DNA of 49,705 nucleotides, from NCBI GenBank assembly GCA_051274975.1, contig JBNMND010000001.1, forward strand, positions 1 through 49,705. The letters are read 5' to 3'. A program made the translations under genes and the position numbers. Source of the DNA: Planctomycetota bacterium (GTDB taxonomy: Bacteria; Planctomycetota; UBA1135; UBA2386). This document shows, piece by piece, positions 1 to 12,178 of the stretch; positions within the stretch are counted from its first letter, which is position 1, and every line of letters begins with the position of its first letter. A model generated the notes under the pieces. That model was not told the origin of the DNA. It saw only the letters and a list, made by a program, of their open reading frames with translations, and ran no database searches.

Positions 1-290
1 TAGGCGTTGTTGCCGTCGCGGTTGGCGAGCGCTGCGTTAGGCAGGCTGCCACGGGCGACGACCAGCGTGTTGCCGAACGAGTCGGACACGGGACGACGCG
101 CGCCGCGATGGTCGGTCCAGCCTTCAAACTCGTGCTCGGATTGAGCGCGAACCTTCGGTTGGAAGTCCATGTCGAGCACGAGGTGCACGGGTGGCTTTTC
201 GCTGGGGAAGCCGCGGAACTTGTCGCAGCTCGTGAGAGCAACGAGCGCCAGCGACGCGACAGCCAAGGTGGTCTTGCTAATGCGTGCCAT
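1..290 (-). CDS. actE: Alternative complex III monohaem cytochrome c lipoprotein ActE, N-terminal fragment (gene runs off the window start)
   Basis: Absent from the ORF track because it has no stop in the window. Minus-strand ATG at 290-288 lies 2 nt after the actD stop. My translation MARISKTTLAVASLALVALTSCDKFRGFPSEKPPVHLVLDMDFQPKV...RRPVSDSFGNTLVVARG has a lipobox (LTSC). It also has the M-x-x-QPK ... R-x-PV ... G-T-x-x-RG pattern I associate with ActE N-termini. The haem motif would lie outside the window. Confidence 0.55.
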   Translation of the reverse strand, partial: MARISKTTLAVASLALVALTSCDKFRGFPSEKPPVHLVLDMDFQPKVRAQSEHEFEGWTDHRGARRPVSDSFGNTLVVARGSLPNAALANRDGNNA

Positions 291-292
291 GG

Positions 293-829
293 TTAGTCCT
301 CGATGACCTCAACGTTTGCGCCGCCGATGCCTTGCAGGAACTGCACGGTCGCTTGGCTGTCGAACTTGGGGTCCGTCGCTTCGATCGACAGGAAGAACTT
401 GTCGTCGGTGACGCGATGGATGGTGCTGTGCGCGAAGATCGGGTGGTGCAAGCGCGGCAGTCGGTTGAGACCGAACATGCCGAACACTGCGCCGAGGCCG
501 GACAGCAGAATCATCAGCTCGAACGTGATCGGGATGGTCGACGGCCACGCGTAGGGCTGCTTGCCGGACACCCAGATCGGGTAGTCGTAGGCGTTCATCC
601 ACCACATCATCAGCTGCGCCAGGCAGATGCCCGTTAGACCGCAGCAGACCACGATCCAGCCGAGGCCGGATTCGGAGTGATTGAGCACCTTGTCGAGGCC
701 GTGCACCGGGAACGGCGTGTGCGCGTCGGTGCGCGTGTAGCCCTCGGCGGTGACCTTCTCACATGCGTGGTAGATCGATGCTGCGGAGTCAAACTCTGCC
801 ACGGCGCCCCACTTGTTGTTGGTAGTCAT
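293..829 (-). CDS. actD: Alternative complex III subunit ActD (DUF3341-type membrane protein)
   Basis: ORF 293..883. I place the start at ATG 829 (MTTNNKWGAVAEFDSAASIYHACEKV...), 10 nt after the actC stop and preceded by AAGGA. It has the typical ActD soluble N-domain plus two TM helices, and sits between actC and actE. Confidence 0.85.
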   Translation of the reverse strand: MTTNNKWGAVAEFDSAASIYHACEKVTAEGYTRTDAHTPFPVHGLDKVLNHSESGLGWIVVCCGLTGICLAQLMMWWMNAYDYPIWVSGKQPYAWPSTIPITFELMILLSGLGAVFGMFGLNRLPRLHHPIFAHSTIHRVTDDKFFLSIEATDPKFDSQATVQFLQGIGGANVEVIED

Positions 830-839
830 CAGTGGATCC

Positions 840-2279
<1,440 letters not shown>

Positions 2280-2284
2280 CGAAA

Positions 2285-5200
2285 TCAGGCCTTGGAGAGT
2301 TCGGGGTTCGGGTTGCGCACGCGACCCAGGTAGGTCGTGCGTGGCTTCGTATTCAGTTCGGAGAGCAACCCGTAGTTAAGGTCGCTACCGCGTAGCTTCG
2401 CGACCTTGCTATCGGTCTCGATGATGTTGCCGAAGGTGATCGCCTCGGTCGGGCAAGCTTGCGCGCAAGCTGTGGTGACCTTGATCATCTGTGGCCCGTC
2501 GCCAACCTTGGTTGCGTTGAGCTTCGCGTCGATGCGGCCACCGTTGATGCGTTGCACGCAGTAGGTGCACTTCTCCATCACGCCGCGGCTACGAACGGTG
2601 ACGTCCGGGTTGAACGCCATCTGCTTCGTATCAGGCACGTGCCCGATGTAGTCGAGGTAGTTGTAGCGGCGCACCTTGTAGGGGCAGTTGTTGCTGCAGT
2701 AGCGAGTGCCGATGCAGCGGTTGTAGACCATGTCGTTCAGTCCATCGGGACTGTGCGTGGTCGCAGCAACCGGGCAAACCGACTCACACGGCGCGTTCTC
2801 GCATTGCATGCAAGGCACCGGCATGTTCGAGACCTCAGGGTCATCGATCATCTTGAGGTTGTCGTCTTGGCGCGAGCTGAAGTAGCGGTCTGCACGGATC
2901 CAGAACATCTCGCGGTTACGCGCGACTTGGATCTTGCCGACCATCGGGATGTTGTTCTCGGCGACGCAAGCAGCGACGCAAGAACTGCAACCGGTGCAGG
3001 CGTTGAGGTCGAAGACCATTCCCCACTGGTAGTCCGAGCGACGAACGCGTTCGTCCTTACTCTCCTTGCCGTCGAGGTAGCCACGCTCTTCCCAGAGCGA
3101 CTTGTTGATGTCCTTCTCGACCTTGTCCTGCAAACGAGCAGCTTGGTCGAGCGGCGACATCTTCGGCGCCCACTTGGGGTCCTTCGCGTTGGTCGCCGCG
3201 TCGGTTTCGCGAATCAGTGCGCGACCGGCCATCGTGCCGTGCTCTTGCGTGCACACCAGCGAGTGACTGCCGGAGCCACGGCCGACGCTGGCGCCGGTCA
3301 GGATCCATTGGCTCGATGTGGTGCGCAATGGGTAGGCGTCGAAGCCCGACTTGTGCGCGACCTTGTAGTGCGAGTTCTCTTCTTCGTTGAATCGGCCCCA
3401 GCCCAGGAAGATCGAGATGCTGTCGTTGGCGTGACCGGGAAGGATCCAAGCCGGGATGTCGACCTGCTTGCCGCCGTTCGCGGTGATGGCGAGCATGTCG
3501 CCGTTCTCAACGTTGAGTTGCTTCGCCGTTGCCATGCTGAGCATGGCGGCGTTGTCCCAGCTGAGCTTGGTCAGCGGATCGGGAAGCTCGGCCATCCACG
3601 AGTTGTTGGCGTAGCGACCGTCACCCATCTTCGGGCAACCGCGCAGCACAACTTCGATACCTTCGCTCTTCTTGTAGGAGCTAACGCTTGCGGCGATCGC
3701 GCCGGCGTTGACCGATGCGGTCGCGGTGGCGAATGCCGTGCCAGCGACGACACCTTCGTGCAGCGCGGTCGGCCACCAGCCTTTTTCGAAGTCGGTCCCG
3801 CCGATGGTCGCTCGCCAGTGCTGCTTGACCAACTCGTAGCCGAAGACAGTGTCGCGGCTTTCCGCGAGCGTCTCGAAGCTTGCGCTGTCGGTCGTGTCCT
3901 GGTTGAGGAACGACAGGAACTCGAGTGCCGAGACGCCACCGTGCAACGGTGCGATCAGCGGTTGCTGCAGCGAGAGCGTGCCGTCATAGCTGAGCGCGTC
4001 GCCCCATGCTTCGAGGTCATGCGCCATCGGCAGGTGCCAATCGCAGTGGCGACCCGTCTCATCGTCGTAAAGACCGATGTGAATGGTCGTCGCCGGCTTC
4101 TTGTCGTGAAGCAGCTTTTTGAACTCGAGGTCAGCCGGAGCATCGAGCACCGGGTTGGTGCCGAGGAAGACCAGCGTCTCACAGGTGCCGGCTTGCATCG
4201 CCGCGGCGAGCTCTTGCAACTGCGCGGTGCAGTTGCTTGGCATGCCAGCTGGCGTGTCGGTCATCGTGACCGTCTTGCCAACGTTGCCGAGCTTCGCATT
4301 GATCGCGTGAACGATCGCGTGCACTGCGGGCGACTGAGTCGGGCCAGCGATGACGATGCTCTTGCCGGCGGCGGTCAGCAGGTCCTTGGCGATGATCTCA
4401 AGCCACTTCTTACCGCCCTTCTCGAACGTCGAAACGTCGTGTGAGGAGAGCGACGTCGCGAGGTCGCTGCCACCACCGACACCGAGTGCCTTGGCGAGGG
4501 CGAAGACTACGGCGGGGATGTCGCTGCTCTTGGTGCGGAAGCGGTGATCGGCTGCCGTGCCGGTCGTCGAGAAGATCGACTCGACGGAGTAGAGGCGGTT
4601 GAGGTTCTTGGCTTCGCGGCGACGTGAGGCCCACGCGCGAGCGTTGGCGAGGTTGTTGCCGTCGGTAGCGAGGAAGTCACTGTCGAGCGACAGCACGACG
4701 TCCGCCTTGGCGAAGTCGTAGTTGGTCGCCATCGACTTGCCGAACGCCATCTCCGCGCCTTGCAACTCGTTGTCGCGGTGCAGCGCCGTCCACGTGTGGA
4801 ACTTGGCCTTCGGGAAGCTGCCATCCTTAATGCGCTTAACTGCTGCTAGCAGGGAAGGCGACGTGCTCGGCGGCATGCAGATGTGCAAGCCGGCGCCTTG
4901 CTTGGCGAGCAAGTCGGACGAGGCGGTTTCTAGCCAGCTGGGCTTCGGGTGGTCGGAATCCAGGTCCGTGCCTATGCCGAGCTCTGCCCAGACGTCGACG
5001 GCATGGCCACCGTGAGCTGCGGCACCATGATCATCGTTGCTGTGCGCTGTGGTGTGCGCGTTGCGAGCGTGACGGCTGCGGTTGGGATCGTAGAGCTGCA
5101 GCAGTTCGGCCTGCAGTTGCAGGTCCGCGCCGCCGAGGCTGCTCGGGTGCATCGGGTTGCCTTCGATCTTGGTCGGGCGACCGTCGTTGCTCTTGACGAG

Positions 5201-5620
5201 AACGCCGATGCCGTAGCCGTTGCGATGGATCGTCGAGGCGTAGTGCTGTGCGATGCCAGGCTTGAAACCTTCCGGCCGCTTCGTGAACGGCAGGATCTTG
5301 GTTTCAGGCTTGCGGCAGCTGGTCATGCCAGCGAGCGCGACCGACGCGGCAATTGCGCCGAGGAAACCACGCCGCGAAACGTCGTCGGGAGCCTCGGTAA
5401 TGCCTTCGGGGAACTCGCGCGATAGCACCTCTTGGAACTCTTCCGAGTTCTCGAGTTGCCCGATACTGCGCCAGTAAGTCGGCTCTCCAGTTGTGGCCGT
5501 GGTAGCTGTGGCCTGGCTAGTTGTGGCCTGGCTAGCTGGGGCCTGGTTCCCGGGGGAAGTCTGGTTCATCGTCTGTTCAAGACCGGGGGTAAGCGGTCCC
5601 GTTTCGTGTGTACCTGTCAT
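2285..5620 (-). CDS. actB: Alternative complex III subunit ActB (Tat-exported molybdopterin-oxidoreductase-like domain fused to a 4Fe-4S ferredoxin-like domain)
   Basis: ORF 2285..5629. ATG 5620 overlaps the actA stop as ATGA, so I use it as the start. Twin-arginine signal [17 protein letters not shown]. Cys clusters [35 protein letters not shown] and ACAQACP. Confidence 0.9.
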   Translation of the reverse strand: MTGTHETGPLTPGLEQTMNQTSPGNQAPASQATTSQATATTATTGEPTYWRSIGQLENSEEFQEVLSREFPEGITEAPDDVSRRGFLGAIAASVALAGMTSCRKPETKILPFTKRPEGFKPGIAQHYASTIHRNGYGIGVLVKSNDGRPTKIEGNPMHPSSLGGADLQLQAELLQLYDPNRSRHARNAHTTAHSNDDHGAAAHGGHAVDVWAELGIGTDLDSDHPKPSWLETASSDLLAKQGAGLHICMPPSTSPSLLAAVKRIKDGSFPKAKFHTWTALHRDNELQGAEMAFGKSMATNYDFAKADVVLSLDSDFLATDGNNLANARAWASRRREAKNLNRLYSVESIFSTTGTAADHRFRTKSSDIPAVVFALAKALGVGGGSDLATSLSSHDVSTFEKGGKKWLEIIAKDLLTAAGKSIVIAGPTQSPAVHAIVHAINAKLGNVGKTVTMTDTPAGMPSNCTAQLQELAAAMQAGTCETLVFLGTNPVLDAPADLEFKKLLHDKKPATTIHIGLYDDETGRHCDWHLPMAHDLEAWGDALSYDGTLSLQQPLIAPLHGGVSALEFLSFLNQDTTDSASFETLAESRDTVFGYELVKQHWRATIGGTDFEKGWWPTALHEGVVAGTAFATATASVNAGAIAASVSSYKKSEGIEVVLRGCPKMGDGRYANNSWMAELPDPLTKLSWDNAAMLSMATAKQLNVENGDMLAITANGGKQVDIPAWILPGHANDSISIFLGWGRFNEEENSHYKVAHKSGFDAYPLRTTSSQWILTGASVGRGSGSHSLVCTQEHGTMAGRALIRETDAATNAKDPKWAPKMSPLDQAARLQDKVEKDINKSLWEERGYLDGKESKDERVRRSDYQWGMVFDLNACTGCSSCVAACVAENNIPMVGKIQVARNREMFWIRADRYFSSRQDDNLKMIDDPEVSNMPVPCMQCENAPCESVCPVAATTHSPDGLNDMVYNRCIGTRYCSNNCPYKVRRYNYLDYIGHVPDTKQMAFNPDVTVRSRGVMEKCTYCVQRINGGRIDAKLNATKVGDGPQMIKVTTACAQACPTEAITFGNIIETDSKVAKLRGSDLNYGLLSELNTKPRTTYLGRVRNPNPELSKA
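5493..5548. repeat. 15-nt in-frame tandem repeat (about 3.7 copies) in the 5' end of actB
   Basis: GTGGCC(G/T)(T/G)GG(T/C)TAG(C/T)T units lie at 5493-5507, 5508-5522 and 5523-5537, with a partial unit at 5538-5548. They encode the [15 protein letters not shown] low-complexity tract upstream of the Tat signal. Confidence 0.75.
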
Positions 5621-6291
5621 CGGTGGCACGCTGAGCAGTGGACTGGCGGGTTGAGGGCGGGCTCGTCACCGACGAGCAGCTGCTTGGCTGCTGCGATCGA
5701 CTCAGGCGTCGCTTCCCAATCCATCTTGGTGACGGACACGTCCAGCGGGCGAATGTGCTCGCTCGGGTCACGGTGGCACTCGAGGCACCAACCCATGCTG
5801 AGCGGCTCGACCTGACGGACGATTTCCATCTGGTCAACACGGCCGTGGCAGCTGGCGCAGCCAACGTTCGCGCGCATGTGCACCGCGTGGTTGAAGTAGG
5901 CGAAGTCGGGCAGCAAGTGCACCTTGACCCACTCGATTGGTTTATCGACTCGCACGCCATCGACTTCCGCGAAGGCCGACCGCAAGCCCTCGAGCTTGAC
6001 GCTGTCCTTCTTGATCACCTTGTGGCAGCCATAGCACGTTTCCGCATCGGGGATCGACGCGGTAGCGCCGTCTTCCACGTTGCGGTGGCAGTAACGGCAA
6101 TCCATACCCAACGTGCCCGCGTGCAGCTTGTGGCTGTACGCGATCGGCTGATAGGGCTGGTACCCGACGTCAGTGTGCTCCGGTGAGAACCAGAAAGAGA
6201 CGACGAGGACTACGAACAAGCCTGCGCTACCCGCACCAAGTGCGAGGAAGGCAGGAACTTTGTTGGTCCACTTGGGAAACAGTACGGTCAA
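5617..6291 (-). CDS. actA: Alternative complex III pentahaem cytochrome c subunit ActA
   Basis: Five CxxCH motifs (CRYCH, CYGCH, CASCH, CLECH, CSACH) and an N-terminal TM helix (AFLALGAGSAGLFVVLVVSFWF). The ORF is open up to GTG 6396. TTG 6291 is preceded by a GGAGGGGA Shine-Dalgarno-like stretch, so the start is uncertain by 35 codons. Confidence 0.85.
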   Translation of the reverse strand: MTVLFPKWTNKVPAFLALGAGSAGLFVVLVVSFWFSPEHTDVGYQPYQPIAYSHKLHAGTLGMDCRYCHRNVEDGATASIPDAETCYGCHKVIKKDSVKLEGLRSAFAEVDGVRVDKPIEWVKVHLLPDFAYFNHAVHMRANVGCASCHGRVDQMEIVRQVEPLSMGWCLECHRDPSEHIRPLDVSVTKMDWEATPESIAAAKQLLVGDEPALNPPVHCSACHR

Positions 6292-6581
6292 GGTAGATCC
6301 CCTCCGCGGTGGGGATGAATTGCGGTCGCAGGAAACTCGACGCGAATGCGCCGAAATTGAGCGCGCGTGTGGGCCGCCCTGAGTGGGTTTCCACACAACC
6401 TTGAATACCGGTTAGCTGTGTGGGACCTACTGCAGGGGCACGCGCAGTCAGCCCAGAGGGCAACTCATGTAAAAGATCGCCCCCATGGGGTCAATTTCAG
6501 AGTTACGAGATTCCCTCTTGAAGGCGGGTAAGACGCCGACCGTCAATGACCTGCACTAGATGTTGTGGTCTGGGGTCGCTA

Positions 6582-7736
6582 CTACCAGTCGATGTGGGAG
6601 CGGACAAACTTGGCAATCTCTGGCAGCGTAAGATCTTGTGCCAGAGGATTGGGGTGTGGGTCGGCTGGAGTGACCCACAAGTCTGCAGAATTGGTCTCTT
6701 TTAGCGCCGGGAGCACATCGAGCAGCGGGATGTCCGCCTCTTTGAGGTCGGCCGCGACCAAGTCGTGGATCTTCTGCCAGGGGTAATACTGACCCGGACC
6801 GAGGCCCTGAAGGAAGGGCCAGATGACGACCAGGAACGGGATGTCCCTTTCGGTGCACCATGACTTGGCTTCACGCATACGCTTCTGCGGAATACCCTGT
6901 GCCCACATTGCTTTCCAGGGTCGGTTCTGGTCGCAGATGCCGCCGAGCTTTGCCTGCTCTTCCGGGATGTCGAGCAGCTCCTGCACCCAGTCGCGGGAAG
7001 GGTCGAGGTCGAGGGGGTTGCGGCCAAGGGCGCCCCTGGCGAGGTCGATCAGCTTGATGCCGGTCGGTTGCACGTGATCGATGAAGTTGAGGCCGCTGCT
7101 AGGCAGCAGATCGTTGAGGCACAGGGTCAGGATGACGGCGTCCGGCGAGTACTTGTGGAAGCGTCGCTTGAGACCGTTGACATACTCGTCGACGCAGACG
7201 GTCCCTGATGCACCACAGTTAACTGTGCGCACGTCTCCTTTGTCTTTGCGCAAGTCGTCTTCGAGCATGCGCACCCATCCCTGCTCGACCGGGATGCCCC
7301 ACCCAAAGGTAAAGGAGTCGCCAATGCAGACGATTCGGCGTTGGCCAGCGGGTTTGGCGTACTTGATCTCTTCGCGCTCGCGCAGGCCGTCGAAGTTGAT
7401 GCGGTTGATGACGCGGCCCTGCTCATCGAGCCAGTCGCGCTTCAAGACGTCGTTGTCGGTGTAGGTGATATAGAACGTCTTGCCCGGTGCGAACATGTGT
7501 CGGGAACGCGGCTTTGGCCCGCGCACCGGCACGACCAGACCGCGCTTAGCAGCTTCTATCAGGTCCTTCACTGGCTCGCCGGCACCGTCCGCGTAGCCGA
7601 TGGCACCGATGGCTCGCGCCTCGGGAACTAGGACCCTGGCGACGAGTTCCGCCAACCCGAGGGCAACGAACGTCGCGATGCCGAGTGCCAGCATCAGCAC
7701 GAGTGGGCGGGGGCGCTTGCGGGCCGGCTTCGTCAT
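6582..7736 (-). CDS. SGNH/GDSL-family hydrolase with N-terminal membrane anchor
   Basis: 384 aa. N-terminal TM helix. Block I CIGDSFTFGWG, block II NCGASGT, block III LCLND, C-terminal PADPHPN. Divergent from the carbamoyltransferase gene. Confidence 0.8.
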   Translation of the reverse strand: MTKPARKRPRPLVLMLALGIATFVALGLAELVARVLVPEARAIGAIGYADGAGEPVKDLIEAAKRGLVVPVRGPKPRSRHMFAPGKTFYITYTDNDVLKRDWLDEQGRVINRINFDGLREREEIKYAKPAGQRRIVCIGDSFTFGWGIPVEQGWVRMLEDDLRKDKGDVRTVNCGASGTVCVDEYVNGLKRRFHKYSPDAVILTLCLNDLLPSSGLNFIDHVQPTGIKLIDLARGALGRNPLDLDPSRDWVQELLDIPEEQAKLGGICDQNRPWKAMWAQGIPQKRMREAKSWCTERDIPFLVVIWPFLQGLGPGQYYPWQKIHDLVAADLKEADIPLLDVLPALKETNSADLWVTPADPHPNPLAQDLTLPEIAKFVRSHIDW

Positions 7737-7842
7737 GTCGCTACAGTAGCTCGGACGTTGTTCTTTGGTCAGTGGGCATTTTCACGTGGTACCGTTGGTC
7801 GTATCCGGCAGCATGGTCCGCTCGGAAACCACGCCTCGCCTC

Positions 7843-9675
7843 ATGCCGACTCACATTCTAGGTATCTCCGCCTTCTACCACGACTCAGCCGCAGCTCTCC
7901 TGTGCGATGGCGAGATCGTTGCGGCTGCACAGGAAGAGCGCTTCACCAGGAAGAAGCACGATCCGGCGTATCCCAAGAAGGCCGTTGAGTTCTGTCTCGA
8001 TCAGGCCGGCATCAAGGCGCCGGACATCGACTTCGTCGCGTTCTATGACAAGCCGATCCTGAAGTTCCATCGGTTGATTGAGACCTACATGGCGTTCGCG
8101 CCGGTCGGTTTGAAGTCGTTCCGCAAGTCGATTCCGGTGTGGCTCGGCGAGAAGCTGCACATGCGGCGCAAGCTGACCAAGGAGCTCGGCTGCAAGCCGA
8201 AGAACCGCTACGTCTTCCCGGAGCATCACGAGAGTCACGCGGCCTCCGCGTTCTTCCCGTCGCCGTTTGAAGACGCGGCCATCATCACGATGGATGGTGT
8301 CGGTGAGTGGGCGACGACGTCGATCGGGGTAGGCGAAGGCAACAAGATGAAGCTGATCCGCGAGATCCGCTTCCCGCACTCGCTCGGCCTGCTCTACTCG
8401 GCGTTCACCTACTACTGCGGCTTCAAGGTTAACTCCGGCGAATACAAGCTGATGGGTTTGGCGCCGTATGGCGAGCCGCGGTTTGCGCAACTGATTCGCG
8501 ATCACTTGATCGACCTGCGCGAAGACGGCAGCTACCGCTTGGACCTGAGCTACTTCAACTACTGCCAGGGCCTGACGATGACGAACGCGAAGTTCGACGC
8601 CCTGTTTGGGGCGCCGCCGCGTGCTGGTGAGACCGATCTCGGCCAACGTCACATGGACCTCGCCGCGTCGATTCAGGAAGTGACCGAAGAGGTCATGCTG
8701 AAGACCGCGCGTTACGCGCAGAAGGTCACCGGCAAGAAGAACCTCTGCCTCGCTGGTGGTGTCGCGCTCAACTGCGTCGGCAATGGCGTAATCCTGCGCG
8801 AAGGACCGTTCGAGAAGCTTTGGATCCAACCCGCTGCCGGTGATGCCGGTGGTGCGCTCGGTGCCGCGCAGTTGGTTTGGCATAACTTGCTGAACAAGCC
8901 GCGCACGGTGCGATCCGCAGATTCGCAACGCGGCAGCTTGCTCGGCCCGCGCTACGAGTCGCAGGACATCAAGTCGGTGCTCGACGCCGAGAACGTTGTC
9001 TACGAAGAGTGCACCGACGAAGACACGCTCGCCGATCGCGTCGCTCAACTGATCAGCGATGAGAACGTCATTGGCTGGTTCCAAGGCCCGATGGAGTTCG
9101 GTCCGCGGGCGCTCGGTTCGCGCAGCATCATTGGTGATGCCCGTTCGCCGAAGATGCAGAGCGTGATGAACTTGAAGATCAAGTTCCGCGAATCATTCCG
9201 CCCGTTCGCACCGATCGTGCTCCGCGAACACGCGTCCGACTACTTCGAGATCGATCCCAAGCACGACAGCCCCTACATGCTGATCGTCGCACCCGTTCGC
9301 GATGACAAGCGCCTCAAGGTCGAACCTGGCCTCGAAGGCTTGGACAAGCTCAAGCAGTTGCGTTCGGTGATACCGGCCGTCACGCACGTCGACAACTCGG
9401 CGCGCCTGCAGACCGTCGACGGCGAGCACAATCCACGCCTCGCCGCGATGATGCGCAGCTTCCACAAGCTCACCGGCAGCCCGGTCTTGATCAACACGAG
9501 CTTCAACGTTCGCGGCGAGCCGATCGTCTGCACGCCACAAGACGCGCTGCGTTGTTTCATGGGCACGGACATGGACGTGCTTGTGCTCGAGAACTTCGTC
9601 ATCCGCCGCACGGCGCAGAAGAACATGCCTGAAGTCGACCGCGAGAAGTACCTCGCCGCCTTCGCCCTGGACTAA
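7843..9675 (+). CDS. Carbamoyltransferase (NodU/CmcH/SxtI family)
   Basis: ORF 7765..9675 begins at TTG. The conserved family N-terminus starts at ATG 7843 (MPTHILGISAFYHDSAAALL). The ASKHA-like N-domain and C-terminal carbamoyltransferase domain (NTSFNVRGEPIVCTP) are recognisable. Confidence 0.9.
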   Translation: MPTHILGISAFYHDSAAALLCDGEIVAAAQEERFTRKKHDPAYPKKAVEFCLDQAGIKAPDIDFVAFYDKPILKFHRLIETYMAFAPVGLKSFRKSIPVWLGEKLHMRRKLTKELGCKPKNRYVFPEHHESHAASAFFPSPFEDAAIITMDGVGEWATTSIGVGEGNKMKLIREIRFPHSLGLLYSAFTYYCGFKVNSGEYKLMGLAPYGEPRFAQLIRDHLIDLREDGSYRLDLSYFNYCQGLTMTNAKFDALFGAPPRAGETDLGQRHMDLAASIQEVTEEVMLKTARYAQKVTGKKNLCLAGGVALNCVGNGVILREGPFEKLWIQPAAGDAGGALGAAQLVWHNLLNKPRTVRSADSQRGSLLGPRYESQDIKSVLDAENVVYEECTDEDTLADRVAQLISDENVIGWFQGPMEFGPRALGSRSIIGDARSPKMQSVMNLKIKFRESFRPFAPIVLREHASDYFEIDPKHDSPYMLIVAPVRDDKRLKVEPGLEGLDKLKQLRSVIPAVTHVDNSARLQTVDGEHNPRLAAMMRSFHKLTGSPVLINTSFNVRGEPIVCTPQDALRCFMGTDMDVLVLENFVIRRTAQKNMPEVDREKYLAAFALD

Positions 9676-9680
9676 CAGCC

Positions 9681-10106
9681 ATGATCAAGCTCGACCTCAA
9701 TCCAGCCCCGCACATCATCAAGCAGTTCGCTTGGTTCGGTGTAATTGGCATGGGCCTACTCGGCTTCGCCGCGCTCAAGCTCACCGTTGGCTTCGCCTGG
9801 GAGCACCCCGTGTTCCTGACCGCGATCGGCATTGGTGTGGTGCAGCTGCTGCTGTTCCTCGCTGGCGTGTCGATTGTCTCGCGCGCGCTCTTCGTCGGCC
9901 TGTCGGTAGCGTTCGTACCAATCGGCTTCATCCTTTCGCACGTGCTGTTGGCCGTCGTCTACTACCTGGTGTTGACCCCGATCGCGTTGGTGTTCCGCTT
10001 GATCGGCCGCGATGTCATCGGCAAGAAGCTCGACAAGAGCGCGAAGAGCTACTGGCACGAGCGCAGTGGTGATCGGCCGGCGGCGAGCTACTTCAAACTC
10101 TACTAG
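9681..10106 (+). CDS. SxtJ-like small membrane protein
   Basis: 141 aa, 3-4 TM helices, 5 nt after the carbamoyltransferase stop. The C-terminal block YYLVLTPIALVFRLIGRDVIGKKLDKSAKSYWHER matches my memory of the SxtJ family signature. Confidence 0.7.
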   Translation: MIKLDLNPAPHIIKQFAWFGVIGMGLLGFAALKLTVGFAWEHPVFLTAIGIGVVQLLLFLAGVSIVSRALFVGLSVAFVPIGFILSHVLLAVVYYLVLTPIALVFRLIGRDVIGKKLDKSAKSYWHERSGDRPAASYFKLY

Positions 10107-10141
10107 TCGTTGGGTTCGATCGAGGTTGGCGTACCGTCGCC

Positions 10142-11776
10142 TCAGCGTCGCACGAGCTCTGCGATGTTGAGGGTTTGGTCGCGGCCGCCGAGAACGAGTT
10201 TGGTGTTGAGCACTTCGTCGCGCCCGCCTTTGCGAATTTGCTGCACCTTGAGATTGTAGTTGCCGGCTGGCACACCGAGGAATCGGGCGTCAGAGAACTC
10301 CATGAACCCAGCTGATCGCCCTCCTTGCGGGAGCGCTGGAAGGGGTTCGAGCAACATGATCTGGACGTAGTGGCGAGGCCATGCATCCAGTCCCGTGACG
10401 GTCACCGTACCGAGTGGAGTCTCCGGCAAGGAGCGCACGTCGAGTGTCGTGATTGCGCCAGGTTGTGGCTCGCTCCCGAGTGGCTGTTCGTGGATTCCCG
10501 TGCCATCCATCCAGGTCAGGTAGAGCGGTCTCCCTTGCGTAGGCTTGGGGAGCCACGCTAGTCCCTGCGAATGCACAGATAGCGTTGGTGGATGTTGGGT
10601 GCCAAACAGGCGCACACGCTGCTCGCAGGAGAACTGGCGAATGGGGGTCGTTCCTTGAACGAGCCGTAGTCGTGCGTGTGACGACATGTCGATCTGCAGT
10701 CTGTAGTCGTGGTTGCCGACGACAACACTCACGGGCTCCGACTTGCTTTTGAATCGCTCGGCCACCGCGGTCATGTTGATGCCCGGTTCGGCGTAGTAGC
10801 GAAAGCCACCGTGTTTGTCCGATCGCATGTATTCCTCGCGTTGTCCATCTTCGCGCGAGGCATCCGGAATCTCGAAGTAGAGGGCGGCGAACGGAATCGG
10901 TCGATCGAGGTGGTCGACAACAACGCCGGCCAACACACTTCGCCCATCGAGTGTCAGCTGGACCTTGCTGATCTTGGTGCGATCCAGCGCGACTGTCTTC
11001 GGGCTAGCTAAGGTGATCGTGCGTAAGTTGGTGTGTTGGTCTGGTGGCCACGCCGCCAATCCCAAGCTGATGGTGGATGAGTGGCGCGCGTGAAGCACCG
11101 CACTGGAACTACCTGGTCGAAGCGCGACCCATGTTCTGCCGAGCTGTTGCAGAAAACGAGTCGTGGGATCGGACCCAATGGCCATCAAGCGACCATAGCC
11201 AGAGTCTCGAAGCTGCTCGTAGATGTAGTCATCGAGTTCGACGGTGACCAACACGTCGATGCGGTTTGGGAGCTTGATGTCATCGGCGTGGAAACTCTCG
11301 GTGTTGGCCTTCGTGAGTTGTGTCTCGGTCGCATGAGGTGCGTCAACCCAACACGGAGGGAGCAGGTGGACTGCCACCGCTCGCGTGTCTCCATCGCCCG
11401 TGATCCCGTGAATGGGTATTGGCACAGAATACGTGCCATCCAGTTTGGTGATCGCCGGTTTGGAGTTGTCTGCGTCAACGGTCACCTCGACGTTGGCCGC
11501 AGGCGTGCCATCAGACCAAAGCACGCGCCCGTTGATAGCGACCTGTTCGGCATCGGACTGTGGCCTCGTTCTGTTTGTGTCTCGGCGCGGTGACGACTTG
11601 GCTGTAGTTGGTTCGTCCGCGGTGTTGGAAGCGGGGTATGGGTTGTTCGGGGTTGGCTCAACTTCGCGCCCGAACCACATGGTCAGGGCTATGGACATGC
11701 AGACGCCAAATACCACTAGTCCGTAGGCAAGAAGCCGGTGAGAGCCTGCGCTGGCAGTCTGTGCGATAGGTCTCAT
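10142..11776 (-). CDS. Membrane-anchored hypothetical protein with carboxypeptidase-regulatory-like beta-sandwich segment
   Basis: ORF 10142..11833. ATG 11776 (MRPIAQ...) precedes a TM helix (LLAYGLVVFGVCMSIALTMWF). The segment INGRVLWSDGTPAANVEVTVDADNSKPAITKLDGTYSV resembles CarboxypepD_reg-like domains. I recognise no other family. Confidence 0.6.
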   Translation of the reverse strand: MRPIAQTASAGSHRLLAYGLVVFGVCMSIALTMWFGREVEPTPNNPYPASNTADEPTTAKSSPRRDTNRTRPQSDAEQVAINGRVLWSDGTPAANVEVTVDADNSKPAITKLDGTYSVPIPIHGITGDGDTRAVAVHLLPPCWVDAPHATETQLTKANTESFHADDIKLPNRIDVLVTVELDDYIYEQLRDSGYGRLMAIGSDPTTRFLQQLGRTWVALRPGSSSAVLHARHSSTISLGLAAWPPDQHTNLRTITLASPKTVALDRTKISKVQLTLDGRSVLAGVVVDHLDRPIPFAALYFEIPDASREDGQREEYMRSDKHGGFRYYAEPGINMTAVAERFKSKSEPVSVVVGNHDYRLQIDMSSHARLRLVQGTTPIRQFSCEQRVRLFGTQHPPTLSVHSQGLAWLPKPTQGRPLYLTWMDGTGIHEQPLGSEPQPGAITTLDVRSLPETPLGTVTVTGLDAWPRHYVQIMLLEPLPALPQGGRSAGFMEFSDARFLGVPAGNYNLKVQQIRKGGRDEVLNTKLVLGGRDQTLNIAELVRR

Positions 11777-12178
11777 GCGTTGACCTGGCGCCGCCCGGAT
11801 AAGGCAGCGCCGTTCGGGTGTCTCTTCCACCATGGAGGAGGTAGGAACATGCTAGCTGTGCGGCGGGGTCGTGTTCGCTCGCGTGCAGCATGGCGAGCGC
11901 GAGCCAGCGTTGGTACAGCGACTGCTGCGCTGAAGTGTTAGGCCAGTGGAGCTGCGAGGCGAAGACTGCGAATGGGTTGTTTCTGTGCCTGGTACCTTAC
12001 CTATGTAAGCTCTACTAGAACCAGTCTGCTGCCGCGGCTACCTCGCACGGCCCACGATAGAAAGTGTAAGGCGAGTAGGTCCATCCGGAAGGCGGTGAGC
12101 GACATGTTGCCGTAGCTCCCCCAGCGGTAGATCTAGCGATTGCTGGCAGGGCGCAGCGATGTCGGACATGGTCTCCCC

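Noticed and set aside
2459-4444. 661-aa plus-strand ORF antisense to actB. Similar long antisense ORFs occur at 7885-9084, 15941-16657, 27349-28218, 28181-28993, 37998-38723, 41093-41728, 43444-44274 and 45463-46938.
   Set aside because: Each lies opposite a gene with strong family signatures. Their translations are Arg/Ala/Val/Asp-rich with no motifs. Long stop-free antisense frames are expected in high-GC DNA.
7778-7793. Partial parS-like sequence ATTTTCACGTGGTACC in the SGNH/carbamoyltransferase intergenic region
   Set aside because: It matches only about 11 of 16 consensus positions and one half-site is lost. This is far weaker than the perfect site at 23856-23871.
12075-12152. SRP (4.5S) RNA-like strings: AGGTCC...CCGGAAGG at 12077-12092 and GCTGGCAGGGC at 12142-12152
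   Set aside because: The conserved GGAAGCAGC side of the SRP domain IV loop is absent. The flanks of the GGAA tetraloop do not pair into the required long helix. The resemblance is probably chance within the cytochrome gene leader.
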